Positions 29,474-39,875 of a stretch of 64,000 nt of DNA are shown one piece after another. The translations under genes were made by a program, and so were the position numbers. This DNA comes from an uncultured Clostridium sp. (GTDB lineage: Bacteria > Bacillota > Clostridia > TANB77 > CAG-508): contig CAOKQZ010000005.1 in NCBI GenBank assembly GCA_948471055.1, positions 40,193 through 104,192 on the forward strand. The letters are read 5' to 3'. The notes beneath the pieces were generated by a model. It saw only the letters and a program-made list of their open reading frames with translations, made no database searches and was not told the DNA's origin. The stretch's first letter is position 1. The number at the start of each line of letters is the position of its first letter.

Positions 29474-31483
29474 TTGAAAACGAAAGGAATGATAAGAAAA
29501 ATGAACTTAGAAGGTAGATTAATTGCAAACCGATATGAAATTATTGAAAATGTAGGAAATGGTGGAATGGCTACCGTATACCGAGCAAAAGACCATATAC
29601 TAAACCGTTTTGTGGCAGTAAAAATTCTAAAAGACGAATTTACAACCGACGACGAATTTATTAAACGATTTCGTTCAGAAGCACAAGCAGTAGCAAGCTT
29701 AAACCATCCTAATATTGTAGGAGTATATGATGTAGGAAACGAAGGAAACCTATATTATATTGTGATGGAATTAATTCAAGGAAAAACCTTAAAAGAAGTG
29801 ATTAGTTTAGAAGGAAAGCTTTCTTGGAAATGGTCAGTAAATGTTGCCATTCAAATTGCATCTGCCTTAGAAACTGCTCATAAAAATAATATTGTTCATA
29901 GAGATATTAAACCACATAACATTATCATCACCGAAGAAGGAATTGCCAAAGTAACCGATTTTGGAATTGCCAAAGCGGTATCCAATTCTACAATTACCGC
30001 CTTTGGTACTACCATTGGTTCGGTACACTATTTTTCACCAGAGCATGCAAGAGGTGGATTTACCGATGCCAAATCGGACTTATATTCATTAGGTGTGGTA
30101 ATGTATGAAATGCTAACAGGAAAAGTGCCATTTGATGCCGATACTCCAGTATCGATTGCATTAATGCATATGCAACAACAAGCAACACAGCCCATTATAT
30201 TAAACCCTACTATACCAAGCTCTGTGAATAAAATTGTAATAAAAGCAATGCAAAAAGATGCGAATTTACGTTATCAAAGTGCCTCTGAAATGCTAAAAGA
30301 TTTAAACATGTCTTTAAAAAATCCAGATGGAAATTTTGTGTTTATGAAAGATATGGAAGGGGATTTTCCAACGCAAAAAATACCAACCATGTATGATGAG
30401 GAAATCAGTAAAGAAAATCCAGAAAAAAAGGGTCAAAATAAAAAGAAAGAAAGTTTTATTAAAAAACATAAAGTATTATCTTTTACCATAGGAGCATTTT
30501 TGTTATTTTTCCTAACCATAGGAATTACGTATGGTGGGCTAAAATTAACACAGGTAAAAGAAGTAGAACTTCCTAATTTAGCAGGACTTACCAAGGAAGA
30601 AGCAAAGAAAAAAGTGGAAGATGCAAAATTGGTTTGGGTAGAGCTAGAACCACAATTTAGCCCAGAAGTGCCAGAAGGAAGTATTATTAGCCAAGACCCA
30701 AGTTATATGGAAAACTTTAAAGTAAAAGAAAAATCAGAAGTAAAAGTTGTCATTAGTAAAGGACAAGATTTAACCATTGTACCAAAAGTGGTAGGAAAGA
30801 CCAAAGAAGAAGCAATTACAGCATTACAAGAGGCAAATTTACTATATGAAGTAGTAGAAGAAACCAGTAAAACCGTAGAAGAAGGCTATGTTATAAGCCA
30901 AGAAACCGAAGCCAATAAGCAAGTAAATGCAGGAGAAACCATCAAAATTCATGTAAGCATTGGAACAGGAATTGAACAAGTAGATGTACCAAATGTACTA
31001 GGAAAAACCGAAGCAGAGGCAAAAAGATTATTAACCGATGCCAAATTAAAAGTAGAAGTACTATATGAAGAAAATAAATCAAACGAAACTGGAAAAGTAC
31101 TAAAACAAAGCATCGAAAGCGGAAAAACCGTAGATGTGGAAACAACCGTAGTGATTACAGTAAATAAAATCATAGAAGAAAAAACAGCTACCATAACAGT
31201 AGATTTAAAAGCGATTACTGGAGGATATAAAGACAAGGATGAAAGTTCTACTAACACAACAAGTGCACAAGAAGTAGCAAAAACGGCAACGATTATTATA
31301 AAAGTAAATGGAACGGTAAAAAGACAAGAGTCAAATGTTGATAAAAATAGAACGATTAAAGAGGATATAAGAGGCACTGGAAGCGTGCAAATCGAAGTAG
31401 AAATAACAGACCCAAAAGGTGGAAAATGGATTAAAACACATACACTAGATTTAACAAAAGAAACAGCGTATACGTTTCAATAA
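29474..31483 (+). CDS. prkC: Ser/Thr protein kinase with PASTA repeats (true start probably 29501)
   Basis: Hanks kinase motifs (VAVK, HRDIKPHN, DFGIA), TM segment, three PASTA-like repeats. Confidence 0.85.
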   Translation: MKTKGMIRKMNLEGRLIANRYEIIENVGNGGMATVYRAKDHILNRFVAVKILKDEFTTDDEFIKRFRSEAQAVASLNHPNIVGVYDVGNEGNLYYIVMELIQGKTLKEVISLEGKLSWKWSVNVAIQIASALETAHKNNIVHRDIKPHNIIITEEGIAKVTDFGIAKAVSNSTITAFGTTIGSVHYFSPEHARGGFTDAKSDLYSLGVVMYEMLTGKVPFDADTPVSIALMHMQQQATQPIILNPTIPSSVNKIVIKAMQKDANLRYQSASEMLKDLNMSLKNPDGNFVFMKDMEGDFPTQKIPTMYDEEISKENPEKKGQNKKKESFIKKHKVLSFTIGAFLLFFLTIGITYGGLKLTQVKEVELPNLAGLTKEEAKKKVEDAKLVWVELEPQFSPEVPEGSIISQDPSYMENFKVKEKSEVKVVISKGQDLTIVPKVVGKTKEEAITALQEANLLYEVVEETSKTVEEGYVISQETEANKQVNAGETIKIHVSIGTGIEQVDVPNVLGKTEAEAKRLLTDAKLKVEVLYEENKSNETGKVLKQSIESGKTVDVETTVVITVNKIIEEKTATITVDLKAITGGYKDKDESSTNTTSAQEVAKTATIIIKVNGTVKRQESNVDKNRTIKEDIRGTGSVQIEVEITDPKGGKWIKTHTLDLTKETAYTFQ

Positions 31484-31547
31484 AACTTGATTTTATATAA
31501 TGAATATACTATAAAGAGATTTTAAAATCTCAGTGTGCTGACACGAT

Positions 31548-31652
31548 AATCCGAAATAAAAGTAAGACTTGTGGGCTTACGGTTGGCGGACAACAGAAAA
31601 ATCCGAAATAGCAGTAAGACCTTGAAATTATAATTGGCGGACAATTAAAAAA
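31548..31652. repeat. two tandem copies of a 53-nt direct repeat in the prkC-rsgA spacer
   Basis: aatccgaaata[aa/gc]agtaagac...ggcggacaa occurs twice head-to-tail. Confidence 0.7.
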
Positions 31653-31783
31653 TCAGTACAAAAAGAGATATCATTACTAAGCAATGGTATTTCTTTTTTT
31701 TCTTTGCAAAATTCAAAAATGATTGCGTTTCAAAAAGGAATGATATATAATGGGGATAAAAGAAAGAATATAAAGGAGAGGTA

Positions 31784-32665
31784 ATGCAAGGGAGAATTGT
31801 TAACAATATTTCCAATACGTATTGGATTGAATGCCAAAATGGATTGTATGAGGCAGTTGCACGTGGAAAGTTTAAAATAGAAGATATTATGCCTGTGGTA
31901 GGAGATATGGTAGAGATTGAGACAATTCATGAAGAGAAAAAAGAGGCAGTGATTACGAAAATTTTGCCAAGGCGTACTTATATGAAAAGACCCAAAATTG
32001 CAAATGTTACGAAGCTTATTTTTGTAGTATCCATGAAAATGCCAAAACCAGATTTATTGCTATTAGATAAGCAATTGGCGTTTGCGGAATTTATGAAAAT
32101 TCCATGTGTGATTGTGTTAAATAAGCAAGATTTAGGAAAACAAGAAGAAATACAATGGATTCAGGAGATTTATACAAAATTAGGTTATCCTGTTATCATA
32201 ACCTGTGCCAATAAGCAGGAAGGAATTAAAGAAGTAAGAAAGGTGTTAGAAGGTGAAGTAAGTGCTTTTTCTGGAAACTCTGGTGTAGGAAAATCTACCT
32301 TACTAAATGCCATTTTTGAAGAAAATTTGACCAAAGAGGGAATGGTTAGTAACAAAAATAAAAAGGGAAAAAATACAACAACAACAGTACAATTATATAG
32401 TTTAAACGAGAATACTTACATAGCAGATACGCCAGGATTTTCTACTTTTGATATTTACGAGATTGAAAGTAAGGACTTATATCAATATTTTAAAGAATTC
32501 AAAGAAGCTGAAAAAAATTGCAAATATGTGGGATGCACTCATATTAAAGAAAAAGAATGTGGCATTAAACACGCATTAGAAGAAGGAACCATTGCCAAAC
32601 AGAGATATGAAAATTATGTAAAAATATATGAAGAGTTAAAAGATAAGGAGGAGCACAAATGGTAG
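31784..32665 (+). CDS. rsgA: ribosome small-subunit-dependent GTPase A
   Basis: Circularly permuted GTPase motifs (NKQDL, GNSGVGKST, DTPGF) and C-terminal zinc finger CxHxxExxC. Confidence 0.85.
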   Translation: MQGRIVNNISNTYWIECQNGLYEAVARGKFKIEDIMPVVGDMVEIETIHEEKKEAVITKILPRRTYMKRPKIANVTKLIFVVSMKMPKPDLLLLDKQLAFAEFMKIPCVIVLNKQDLGKQEEIQWIQEIYTKLGYPVIITCANKQEGIKEVRKVLEGEVSAFSGNSGVGKSTLLNAIFEENLTKEGMVSNKNKKGKNTTTTVQLYSLNENTYIADTPGFSTFDIYEIESKDLYQYFKEFKEAEKNCKYVGCTHIKEKECGIKHALEEGTIAKQRYENYVKIYEELKDKEEHKW

Positions 32666-33318
32666 AAATTTCAACTTCACTATTATCGGTAAAAGAAGAA
32701 TCGATAAAAAAAATATATGATTTAGAGGTAGCACATACGGATTATTATCACATCGATGTTATGGATGGAAAGTTTGTAGAAGCAGATACTACTAAACGAA
32801 TGCTAGAATATACCACTCAAATAAAACAAGTAACGAATATTCCAATTGATGTACATCTTATGGTGCAAGAAGTAGAGGAACATATTGAAAATTATCTTCC
32901 ATTTTCACCAAACCGCATTACCTTTCATTATGAAGCATGTAACAATAGAAACGAAGTAGAAGAATGCATCAAAAAAATAAAAGAAAATGGAGTAAAGGTA
33001 GGAATTTCTATAAAACCAGAAACACCAGTAGAAGACATTTATGAATTTTTGCCATTTGTACATATGGTATTAATTATGACAGTAGAACCAGGAAAAGGAG
33101 GACAAAGCCTCATACCAGAAACCTTACAAAAAATAAAAGACCTACATACCTACCGAGAAGAAAAAAGCCTAGATTTTGACATAGAGGCAGATGGTGGCAT
33201 TAATTTAGAAACCATGCCAAATGTAAAACAGGCGGGAGTAGATATAGCAGTGGTAGGCAGCGCCATTATAAAAAGCGAGGATTATACACGAACAATCAAA
33301 TTATTGAAGAAAATTTAA
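32659..33318 (+). CDS. rpe: ribulose-phosphate 3-epimerase
   Basis: HIDVMDGKFV and DGGIN motifs. Confidence 0.9.
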   Translation: MVEISTSLLSVKEESIKKIYDLEVAHTDYYHIDVMDGKFVEADTTKRMLEYTTQIKQVTNIPIDVHLMVQEVEEHIENYLPFSPNRITFHYEACNNRNEVEECIKKIKENGVKVGISIKPETPVEDIYEFLPFVHMVLIMTVEPGKGGQSLIPETLQKIKDLHTYREEKSLDFDIEADGGINLETMPNVKQAGVDIAVVGSAIIKSEDYTRTIKLLKKI

Positions 33319-33428
33319 AACTGTATGGGGTCGATGTCGACCTATCCTACAAAAAGATGGGTTATTGAATAGCATTACCGTTACCTAAAAAAGATGTCAT
33401 ACCAAAAGGTACAACATCTTTTTTATTT

Positions 33429-34745
33429 CTAATCTTCTTTTTTCTTCTCGTCTTTCTTTTTATTATCTTTCTTTACAGGCTTTTCTTCCTTTTTTTTGTT
33501 ATCTTTTTCGGTTTGGGTTTTGTCTTTCTTTTCTGGCTTATTTTGTGCAAATAAGTAATTTACAACAACACCAAGACCAAACATTTTAACAACAATACTT
33601 ATGAAGGTTCCTACATATGGAATTAATTCTAATGCCCAAATTGCAATTATAACACCGGCAAGTGTTAAGTAGGTTAAGTAATTTTTTTCGTAAGCAAATT
33701 TTTCTTTTAATTTATAAGTAATACAAATACTAGAAACAGCAGTTGCAATAGAAAGTAGTAATACAAGTAGTAAAACAATTGCTATTGATAAAGGTATTCC
33801 TACAATGGTAAATAAAAGAACAATACTTACTAAACCAGCAACAACGGTAGTTAATAATCCAATTCCTAAAGATTTTGCAGCAGTAACTGGTTCTAAATAA
33901 CTAGAGGTTGTTTTTAGGAATTTTGGTGCTAGCCATAAAATTAAGAAGAATACAACAAAGGCATATAATACAACAGCACAAACATCAACAACTTTTTCAA
34001 TTACTAAATCCATTACACTAGAATTACCTGAAAAATCTTTTTGATATTTAATTTCCCCTTGTACTAATTCGTTGGTTAAAGCTAGTTCCTCAGGAGCAGA
34101 ATAAGTTAAATTACCATATACAAGAGCAGCATTACCATCGGTTGTTACAAAATTAAAGTGATTTGCTGCTACAAAAGCATCTCTTCCACAACCACCATTA
34201 AAATTAAAGGTGTCTGCATACACACGTAAATCGCGTAACATGAAAGAGTCAAATGACATATCTACTTTATTGGCAAAAGCATATAAATCATTAGCACAAC
34301 CATTTAAGTTTAATTGGTTTGCAGCAATATACATAGATTGAATCACATAAGCATCTTTTGAAACAGTTACCGTTTCACCACAAACATATAAACAACCATT
34401 TACTTTACCAGTAATATTAATATTACGTCCCAATAAGTATACATTTCCATCAACAAGCTTATCCATTTCGATGTCATTACCAACTAAATATAAATCCCCA
34501 TTATGAATGTCTTCCTCAGTAGGTTCATCACTAGGTGTTACTGTATTGGTATCACCTCCCTCTGTTCTTGCATTATCGCCAGGAGCAGTGGAGGTAACAT
34601 TTGCATTTCCTTCATCAGAAGTTACAACAGGTGCTCCTTCCATAGAGGTTACAACAGGTTCTCCCTCAGTAGCAAAACTAAAAGTTGAAAAGATTACGAC
34701 AAATGCAAATAATAGTACCATAAATTTTGATTTTGTTTTTCGCAT
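33429..34745 (-). CDS. membrane protein with bactofilin-like beta-helix repeats and Lys/Glu/Asp-rich C-terminal tail
   Basis: Signal peptide, repeated GNxYLxGxNINITGKVNG-type motifs (CcmA/bactofilin-like), four TM helices, then a K/E-rich tail. Confidence 0.45.
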   Translation of the reverse strand: MRKTKSKFMVLLFAFVVIFSTFSFATEGEPVVTSMEGAPVVTSDEGNANVTSTAPGDNARTEGGDTNTVTPSDEPTEEDIHNGDLYLVGNDIEMDKLVDGNVYLLGRNINITGKVNGCLYVCGETVTVSKDAYVIQSMYIAANQLNLNGCANDLYAFANKVDMSFDSFMLRDLRVYADTFNFNGGCGRDAFVAANHFNFVTTDGNAALVYGNLTYSAPEELALTNELVQGEIKYQKDFSGNSSVMDLVIEKVVDVCAVVLYAFVVFFLILWLAPKFLKTTSSYLEPVTAAKSLGIGLLTTVVAGLVSIVLLFTIVGIPLSIAIVLLLVLLLSIATAVSSICITYKLKEKFAYEKNYLTYLTLAGVIIAIWALELIPYVGTFISIVVKMFGLGVVVNYLFAQNKPEKKDKTQTEKDNKKKEEKPVKKDNKKKDEKKKED

Positions 34746-34830
34746 AAAAAATTCCTCCTAATATTTAATTTATTTTATAGGGTAACTATATCTCTAATTC
34801 ATCGTTTTGTCAAGAAAAAAACAGTAGATT

Positions 34831-34971
34831 TTATTTTGAATCTACTGCATCTTTCTTTAAAAAATAGGCACAATCGGAAGCGGGAGTTACTGTTTGAAAA
34901 GAAGTATTTTCTAAACAGCATTTTCCGTCTTTTTGATAAACACAATTTGCCGAACAATTGATGTTTGTCAA
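34831..34971 (-). CDS. unannotated small Cys-rich protein (46 aa), DUF1540-like, TTG start
   Basis: GAGGTG then TTG. MTNINCSANCVYQKDGKCCLENTSFQTVTPASDCAYFLKKDAVDSK. The CxxNCxY...GKCC pattern recalls DUF1540. Different frame from track ORF 34799-35002. Confidence 0.3.
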   Translation of the reverse strand: MTNINCSANCVYQKDGKCCLENTSFQTVTPASDCAYFLKKDAVDSK

Positions 34972-35014
34972 AATTATCACCTCTTAAAAAGTAGTATAAC
35001 AAAGAAAAACAAAT

Positions 35015-35663
35015 TTATTCATGTGAGGTAGAATAAGTATCACAAAAATGTTTGATGTGACAAGTATCACAATGTGGTTTTCTTGCATCACACGTATTTC
35101 TTCCATGCCAAACCAATAAATGATTAATATCTTTTAGGGTTTCTTTTGGAAAGAGTTTTAATAAATCTTGTTCAATTTTTTCTGGGTCTGTTTCTTTTGA
35201 CAAACCAATGCGATTGGAAATTCGTTTGGCATGCGTATCGACTGCAATTCCATTGGCAATACCAAATGCTTCTAATAAAATAACATTGGCACTTTTTCTT
35301 CCAACACCGGGAAGAGTTAAAAGTTCCTCCATGGTTTTGGGAACTTCACCATGAAAATCATTTACAATTTTAGTAGCACATGCTTTTATGTTTTTGGCTT
35401 TATTTTTATAAAATCCACAAGGATGAATTAATGTTTCTAAGGTAGAAAGTTCAATATTGGCAAAATCTTCAGGAGTTTTGTATTTCGCAAAAATAGCAGG
35501 AGTGGTTTTATTCACTCTTTCATCGGTACACTGTGCAGATAACATAACAGAAACGACCATTTCAAAAGGAGTGGAAAAATCCAAAGAGCAAGTGGCATCA
35601 GGGTAGGAAGTTTTTAATGTTTCTACTAATTCTTTTGCTTGAGTAAGATTTAATTTTTTCATA
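35015..35663 (-). CDS. nth: endonuclease III
   Basis: HhH-GPD (LPGVGRKSANVIL), catalytic K/D, C-terminal 4Fe-4S CxxxxxxCxxCxxxxxC. Start taken at MKKLNL. Confidence 0.85.
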
Positions 35664-35720
35664 GAATCACCTTTTTTCGTAAATTTAATATAATATAATA
35701 AAGATAGGAGGTAAGGTATT

Positions 35721-35870
35721 ATGTTCGGAATACTAAAAAAGACATGTGGAGTATGTTTGATTGGGTTAGGTTTAGGCATTTTATTAGTACTATTACTTCC
35801 AGTAACAGGATGGTTATTCCTAATAGGAGCAGCAGTCTTAATATTAGGGCTTGTTTGGCTCGCGTGTTAA
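35721..35870 (+). CDS. unannotated small membrane protein (50 aa), speculative
   Basis: TAGGAGGTAAGGTATTATG then MFGILKKTCGVCLIGLGLGILLVLLLPVTGWLFLIGAAVLILGLVWLAC; two TM helices. Confidence 0.3.
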   Translation: MFGILKKTCGVCLIGLGLGILLVLLLPVTGWLFLIGAAVLILGLVWLAC

Positions 35871-36015
35871 ATTAGAAAAGGAGAGTGGAATAGATGCAAA
35901 TTGTTGTAAAAAAGGTACCAAAATTCTTAAGGGGATTTGTAAAACTTATCTTTGGAATAAAAGATTAGTGATACATAAACCAAACAAAAAAGTAGGTGTT
36001 TACCTACTTTTTTAA

Positions 36016-36070
36016 TTCTACGCATAGCCATTCTTTGTAATCGCCAAAGGCGATAACTTAGGTCATTTAA
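36016..36070. repeat. intergenic repeat family A copy
   Basis: ttctacgcatagccattctttgtaatcgccaaaggcgataacttaggtcatttaa, 93% identical to 10775-10830. Confidence 0.8.
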
Positions 36071-36077
36071 TCTATCC

Positions 36078-36287
36078 TTAAGCTCTTTTTACTTTTCCAG
36101 CACGTAAACATTTAGCACATACGGTAATTCTTTTTGGTTGTCCATCAACAATTGCTTTTACTGTACGAATATTTGGTTTAAATGTTCTCGTTGTTCTTTT
36201 ACTAATGTGAGAACGAGTTATACTTAATTGGTTTCCGTGAGCAACGGATTTATCACAAATTACACATTTTGCCATTCTTTCTAGCAC
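36078..36287 (-). CDS. rpmB: 50S ribosomal protein L28
   Basis: MAKCVICDKSVAHGNQLS..., classical L28. Confidence 0.9.
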   Translation of the reverse strand: MLERMAKCVICDKSVAHGNQLSITRSHISKRTTRTFKPNIRTVKAIVDGQPKRITVCAKCLRAGKVKRA

Positions 36288-36416
36288 CTCCTAATAATCT
36301 TAATAAATTGTCTACCAATTAGTTTAACATACTATAGAAAAAAAAACAAGACTTTATTGGAAAAATTTATAGATTATGATAGAATACATATAAGAAAAAG
36401 AAAAGTAGGTGAACAG

Positions 36417-38469
36417 ATGATAGATTTAAACCAAGAGGTGCAGTTTGTAAAAGGAGTCGGTCCAAACCGTGCAAAGTTACTGAGTAGGTTAGAAATTCAT
36501 ACTTTAAAAGATTTAATTACGTATTACCCACGTGAACATGAAGATAGAAGCAAGGTAACAAAAATTGCGGATGCAGTAGAGGGGGAAGAAGTGCTTATTC
36601 AGGCGGTTTGCGTATCGAAAATGAGTGAAATTCGTACAAGGCGTAAGAATATGACCATTTATAAATTAATTGTAAGAGATGATACTGCAAGTGCAATTCT
36701 TACTTGGTATAACCAAAGTTATTTGAAAAGTCGATTTCATTTAGGAGAAACGTATTCCTTTTTTGGGAAAGTAACCAAAAAGAATGGAGCCGTGGAAATG
36801 ATGTCTCCTACCTTTGATGATGAGGGAAAAACGAAAAATACGGGGAAGATTATTCCATTATATCCATTAACCTATCAGCTATCTCAAAATACCATTAGGC
36901 AAATTATTGAAAATGGGTTAAACATGGCAAAAGGGTATTTACGAGAAACGTTGCCAGAAAACCTATTGCAAGAATATCGTTTACTAGGATTAGAAGAGGC
37001 AATTCGTAAAATCCATTTTCCGGAAAATTTTGATGAATTTACCCTAGCAAGAAAAAGGCTAGTATTTGAAGAATTACTTAGTATGCAACTAGCACTTCTT
37101 ACCTTAAAGAGCCAATATACAGGAGAAGAAAAAGGGATTGCTTTTTCCAAAGAAGCGAAGATGTCAGAGGTAATCAATAATCTACCATTTCATTTAACTA
37201 AAGCACAACTAAGGGTGTTAGAAGAAATTGATAATGACATGGAAAAAGAAAAGCCAATGAACCGCTTATTACAAGGAGATGTTGGCTCACGGAAAAACGA
37301 TTGTTAGTATTATTGCTGCCTATAAAGCAGTAACATCGGGTTACCAAATGACCATTATGGCACCAACCGCCATTTTAGCAAGCCAGCATATGGAGGAATA
37401 TAAAAAGGTGCTAGAACCATTGGGAATTACTTGTGAATTGTTAACTAGTGGTATTACCAAAAAGAAAAAAGAAGCTATTTTAGAAAGGTTAGTAAATGGC
37501 GAAATTGATGTACTAATTGGAACCCATGCTATTTTAGAAGAAAATGTCGTATTTCGCAATTTAGGATTAGTGGTGACAGATGAACAACACCGTTTTGGGG
37601 TACGCCAAAGAAAAATAATTTCCGAAAAAGGAAAAAATCCAGATGTATTAGTTATGACCGCAACGCCAATTCCAAGAACCTTAGCCCTTATTTTATATGG
37701 AGACCTAGATATTTCGGTAATTGATGAACTACCACCAAACCGAAAAAAGATTGATACTTTTGCGGTTACCAAAGGATTAGAACAAAGGGTAAATAACTTT
37801 ATAAAAAAACAAGTAGATGAGGGAAGACAAGCCTATATTGTATGTCCACTGGTAGAGGAAAATGAAGAATTAAATTTAAAATCGGTTTTGGAACTTGCCG
37901 AAACATATAAAACAGAAGTATTTCCCGAATATCAAGTAGAATACCTTCATGGAAAAATGAAAGCCAAAGAAAAAGATGCTATTATGGAGGAATTTAAAAA
38001 TGGTAAAATTGACATCTTAATTGCAACGACTGTCATCGAAGTTGGAGTCAATGTACCAAATGCCAGTATCATGGTAATTGAAAATGCAGAACGTTTTGGG
38101 TTAGCACAACTCCACCAATTGCGTGGACGAGTAGGAAGAGGAGAGTATCAATCGTATTGTATTTTGAAATACCAAGGAAATTCTGAAATTATCCGTAAAC
38201 GTATGAAGGTAATGAGTGAAACCAATGATGGTTTTGTCATTTCTGAAAAAGACTTAGAATTAAGAGGTTCAGGAGAATTTTTTGGAACCAAACAACATGG
38301 ACTTCCAGAATTCAAAATAGCCAACCTATTTGAAGACATGGAAGTATTAAAAATGGTACAAAGTTTAGTGGTTAAAATATTAGACAAAGATCCTAAATTA
38401 GAACAAGAAGAAAACAAATTATTAAAGCATATGGTAAAAGAAAAATTCCAAGACCGTATTGAAATATGA
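36417..38469 (+). CDS. recG: ATP-dependent DNA helicase RecG; continuous only with a +1 shift at CGG 37290-37292 inside the Walker A motif
   Basis: Track ORFs 36357-37307 and 37279-38469 are the two halves. Skipping the C at 37290 gives GDVGSGKTIVSIIAAYKAVTSGYQ, the canonical Walker A. DEQH and helicase motifs lie downstream. Confidence 0.85.
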
Positions 38470-38579
38470 AAAAAAAAAGCTTGCATTTATTTACAAAATG
38501 TGGTAATATTTGATTATGTCAACGACAACAGAGCACGAAATAGCATGCTAATATAGATGCTATAAAAAGGAGGAATCAA

Positions 38580-39284
38580 ATGAAAGATTACTATAGTGAT
38601 GTAATCTTAGTACTGCGGGAGAATGGAATAAGGCAAATTGGTCAGGTGGGGAAAGAAATTTTAGCCCATATGATCATTGAAAAAATTCTTTCTCCTAATG
38701 CTACGTATGAGCAAATATGCGGAGCAGTCAAGGAAAAGAAGATTGCAAAATGTATGGACCTTATACAAAAAGAGGATCTTATTTCTCGTTGTGATGGTTT
38801 ATCGCAAGAAGAATGTTCGGTGTTATACTTAATAGAAGGGGTGGAAACACATGAATATTCTGATAATGGTAGAGATGTTATCAAAGTATACGTAGAAAAA
38901 ATGTATACGAAAGTATTAAAGCGTCTGGAGTATGGGAAAATTCTTCAAAGGGTACAGGAGTTAGGTTTAAGATATGATGAAATTGGTGTAAGACTTATGA
39001 TAAGTATGGCATATCAATTTCGAATATTTCCTGAAACCTCAGAAGAATCCATATATTTGGGGTTAATGAAAGAATATAAACCCCAATATGTAAAAAACAA
39101 ACTTCAGGAAGCTAAAAATACGTTAGCAGATATCAAAAACAGCCGGAATTTGGGATTGCCAACACAGAATGACATCATCAAAGAAGGAATTGATGAGATG
39201 ATTTTACAGGTTGCGAAAGGCTCAACAGTGCTTTCTAAGTTTTCCAAAGTAGAAGATATCATCGGTGCAATATTAAATGTTTGA
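38580..39284 (+). CDS. hypothetical protein
   Basis: 234 aa, no recognisable domain. Two in-frame CGG codons read as Arg keep it open. Confidence 0.35.
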   Translation: MKDYYSDVILVLRENGIRQIGQVGKEILAHMIIEKILSPNATYEQICGAVKEKKIAKCMDLIQKEDLISRCDGLSQEECSVLYLIEGVETHEYSDNGRDVIKVYVEKMYTKVLKRLEYGKILQRVQELGLRYDEIGVRLMISMAYQFRIFPETSEESIYLGLMKEYKPQYVKNKLQEAKNTLADIKNSRNLGLPTQNDIIKEGIDEMILQVAKGSTVLSKFSKVEDIIGAILNV

Positions 39285-39365
39285 AATCGCGCACAGGCTA
39301 TGCCTGTGCGTTCTCCTTGACAAAAGAAGATTTTCATAATATGATATAGGTATTAAAGAAAAAGG

Positions 39366-39569
39366 ATGTTGAAGGTTATGTTAAAAATGATATTAGTAGG
39401 AATTGGTGTTGTGGTAGCATTGGTAGGTGTAATTATGGTATTTGATGCACGAAGATTAACAGAAAAATTATTTAGTTTTGGAGACCAAAATGAAGGAACA
39501 GCAGGAATGAAAATAGTGGGTTTTATTTTAGCAATGATTGGTGCATTACTAATTTATTTTAACATTTAG
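39366..39569 (+). CDS. small membrane protein, hypothetical
   Basis: 67 aa, two TM helices. Confidence 0.3.
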   Translation: MLKVMLKMILVGIGVVVALVGVIMVFDARRLTEKLFSFGDQNEGTAGMKIVGFILAMIGALLIYFNI

Positions 39570-39599
39570 GCTTGACAAGATTGTATTTACAAAGTAAAA

Positions 39600-39852
39600 T
39601 AGGAATATACGAAAAACGAAGAAAAAGAGGAGTACATTTGCACTTATGCTAAGAGAGTAGAAATCATAGGCTGAAAGTTTCTATCAAAAAAGACAAATGG
39701 AAGGTAGCTTTGGAGTTAATATTTTGAAATTTAGTAGAAATATTCGTTTAAGCCACGTTACAAGCTAATTAAGATATGATGATACACATCATAAATTAAG
39801 GTGGTACCGTGAACAATTGCTTCACCCTTATACAGGGTGAGGCTTTTTTGAT
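39600..39852 (+). promoter_or_regulatory. T-box riboswitch leader of valS (promoter TTGACA-17-TAAAAT at 39572-39600)
   Basis: T-box consensus AATTAAGGTGGTACCGTG at 39795-39812 and terminator CACCCTTATACAGGGTGAGGCTTTTTTG. Confidence 0.7.
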
Positions 39853-39875
39853 ACAAAAATAAGGAGGTATGTGAT

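Noticed and set aside
35664-35779. Upstream extension of nth to 35779 (track ORF 254 aa)
   Set aside because: The extra 39 residues are hydrophobic junk overlapping the divergent small-ORF promoter region. The Nth family starts at MKKLNLTQAKEL.
36357-38469. recG, valS (39876-42567), the MacB-like ATPase (60019-60697) and jetA appear as adjacent split ORFs, suggesting pseudogenes
   Set aside because: Each split coincides with a single in-frame CGG and is healed by skipping its C. Four simultaneous inactivations of essential genes are implausible, so I treated them as one systematic phenomenon rather than as gene decay.
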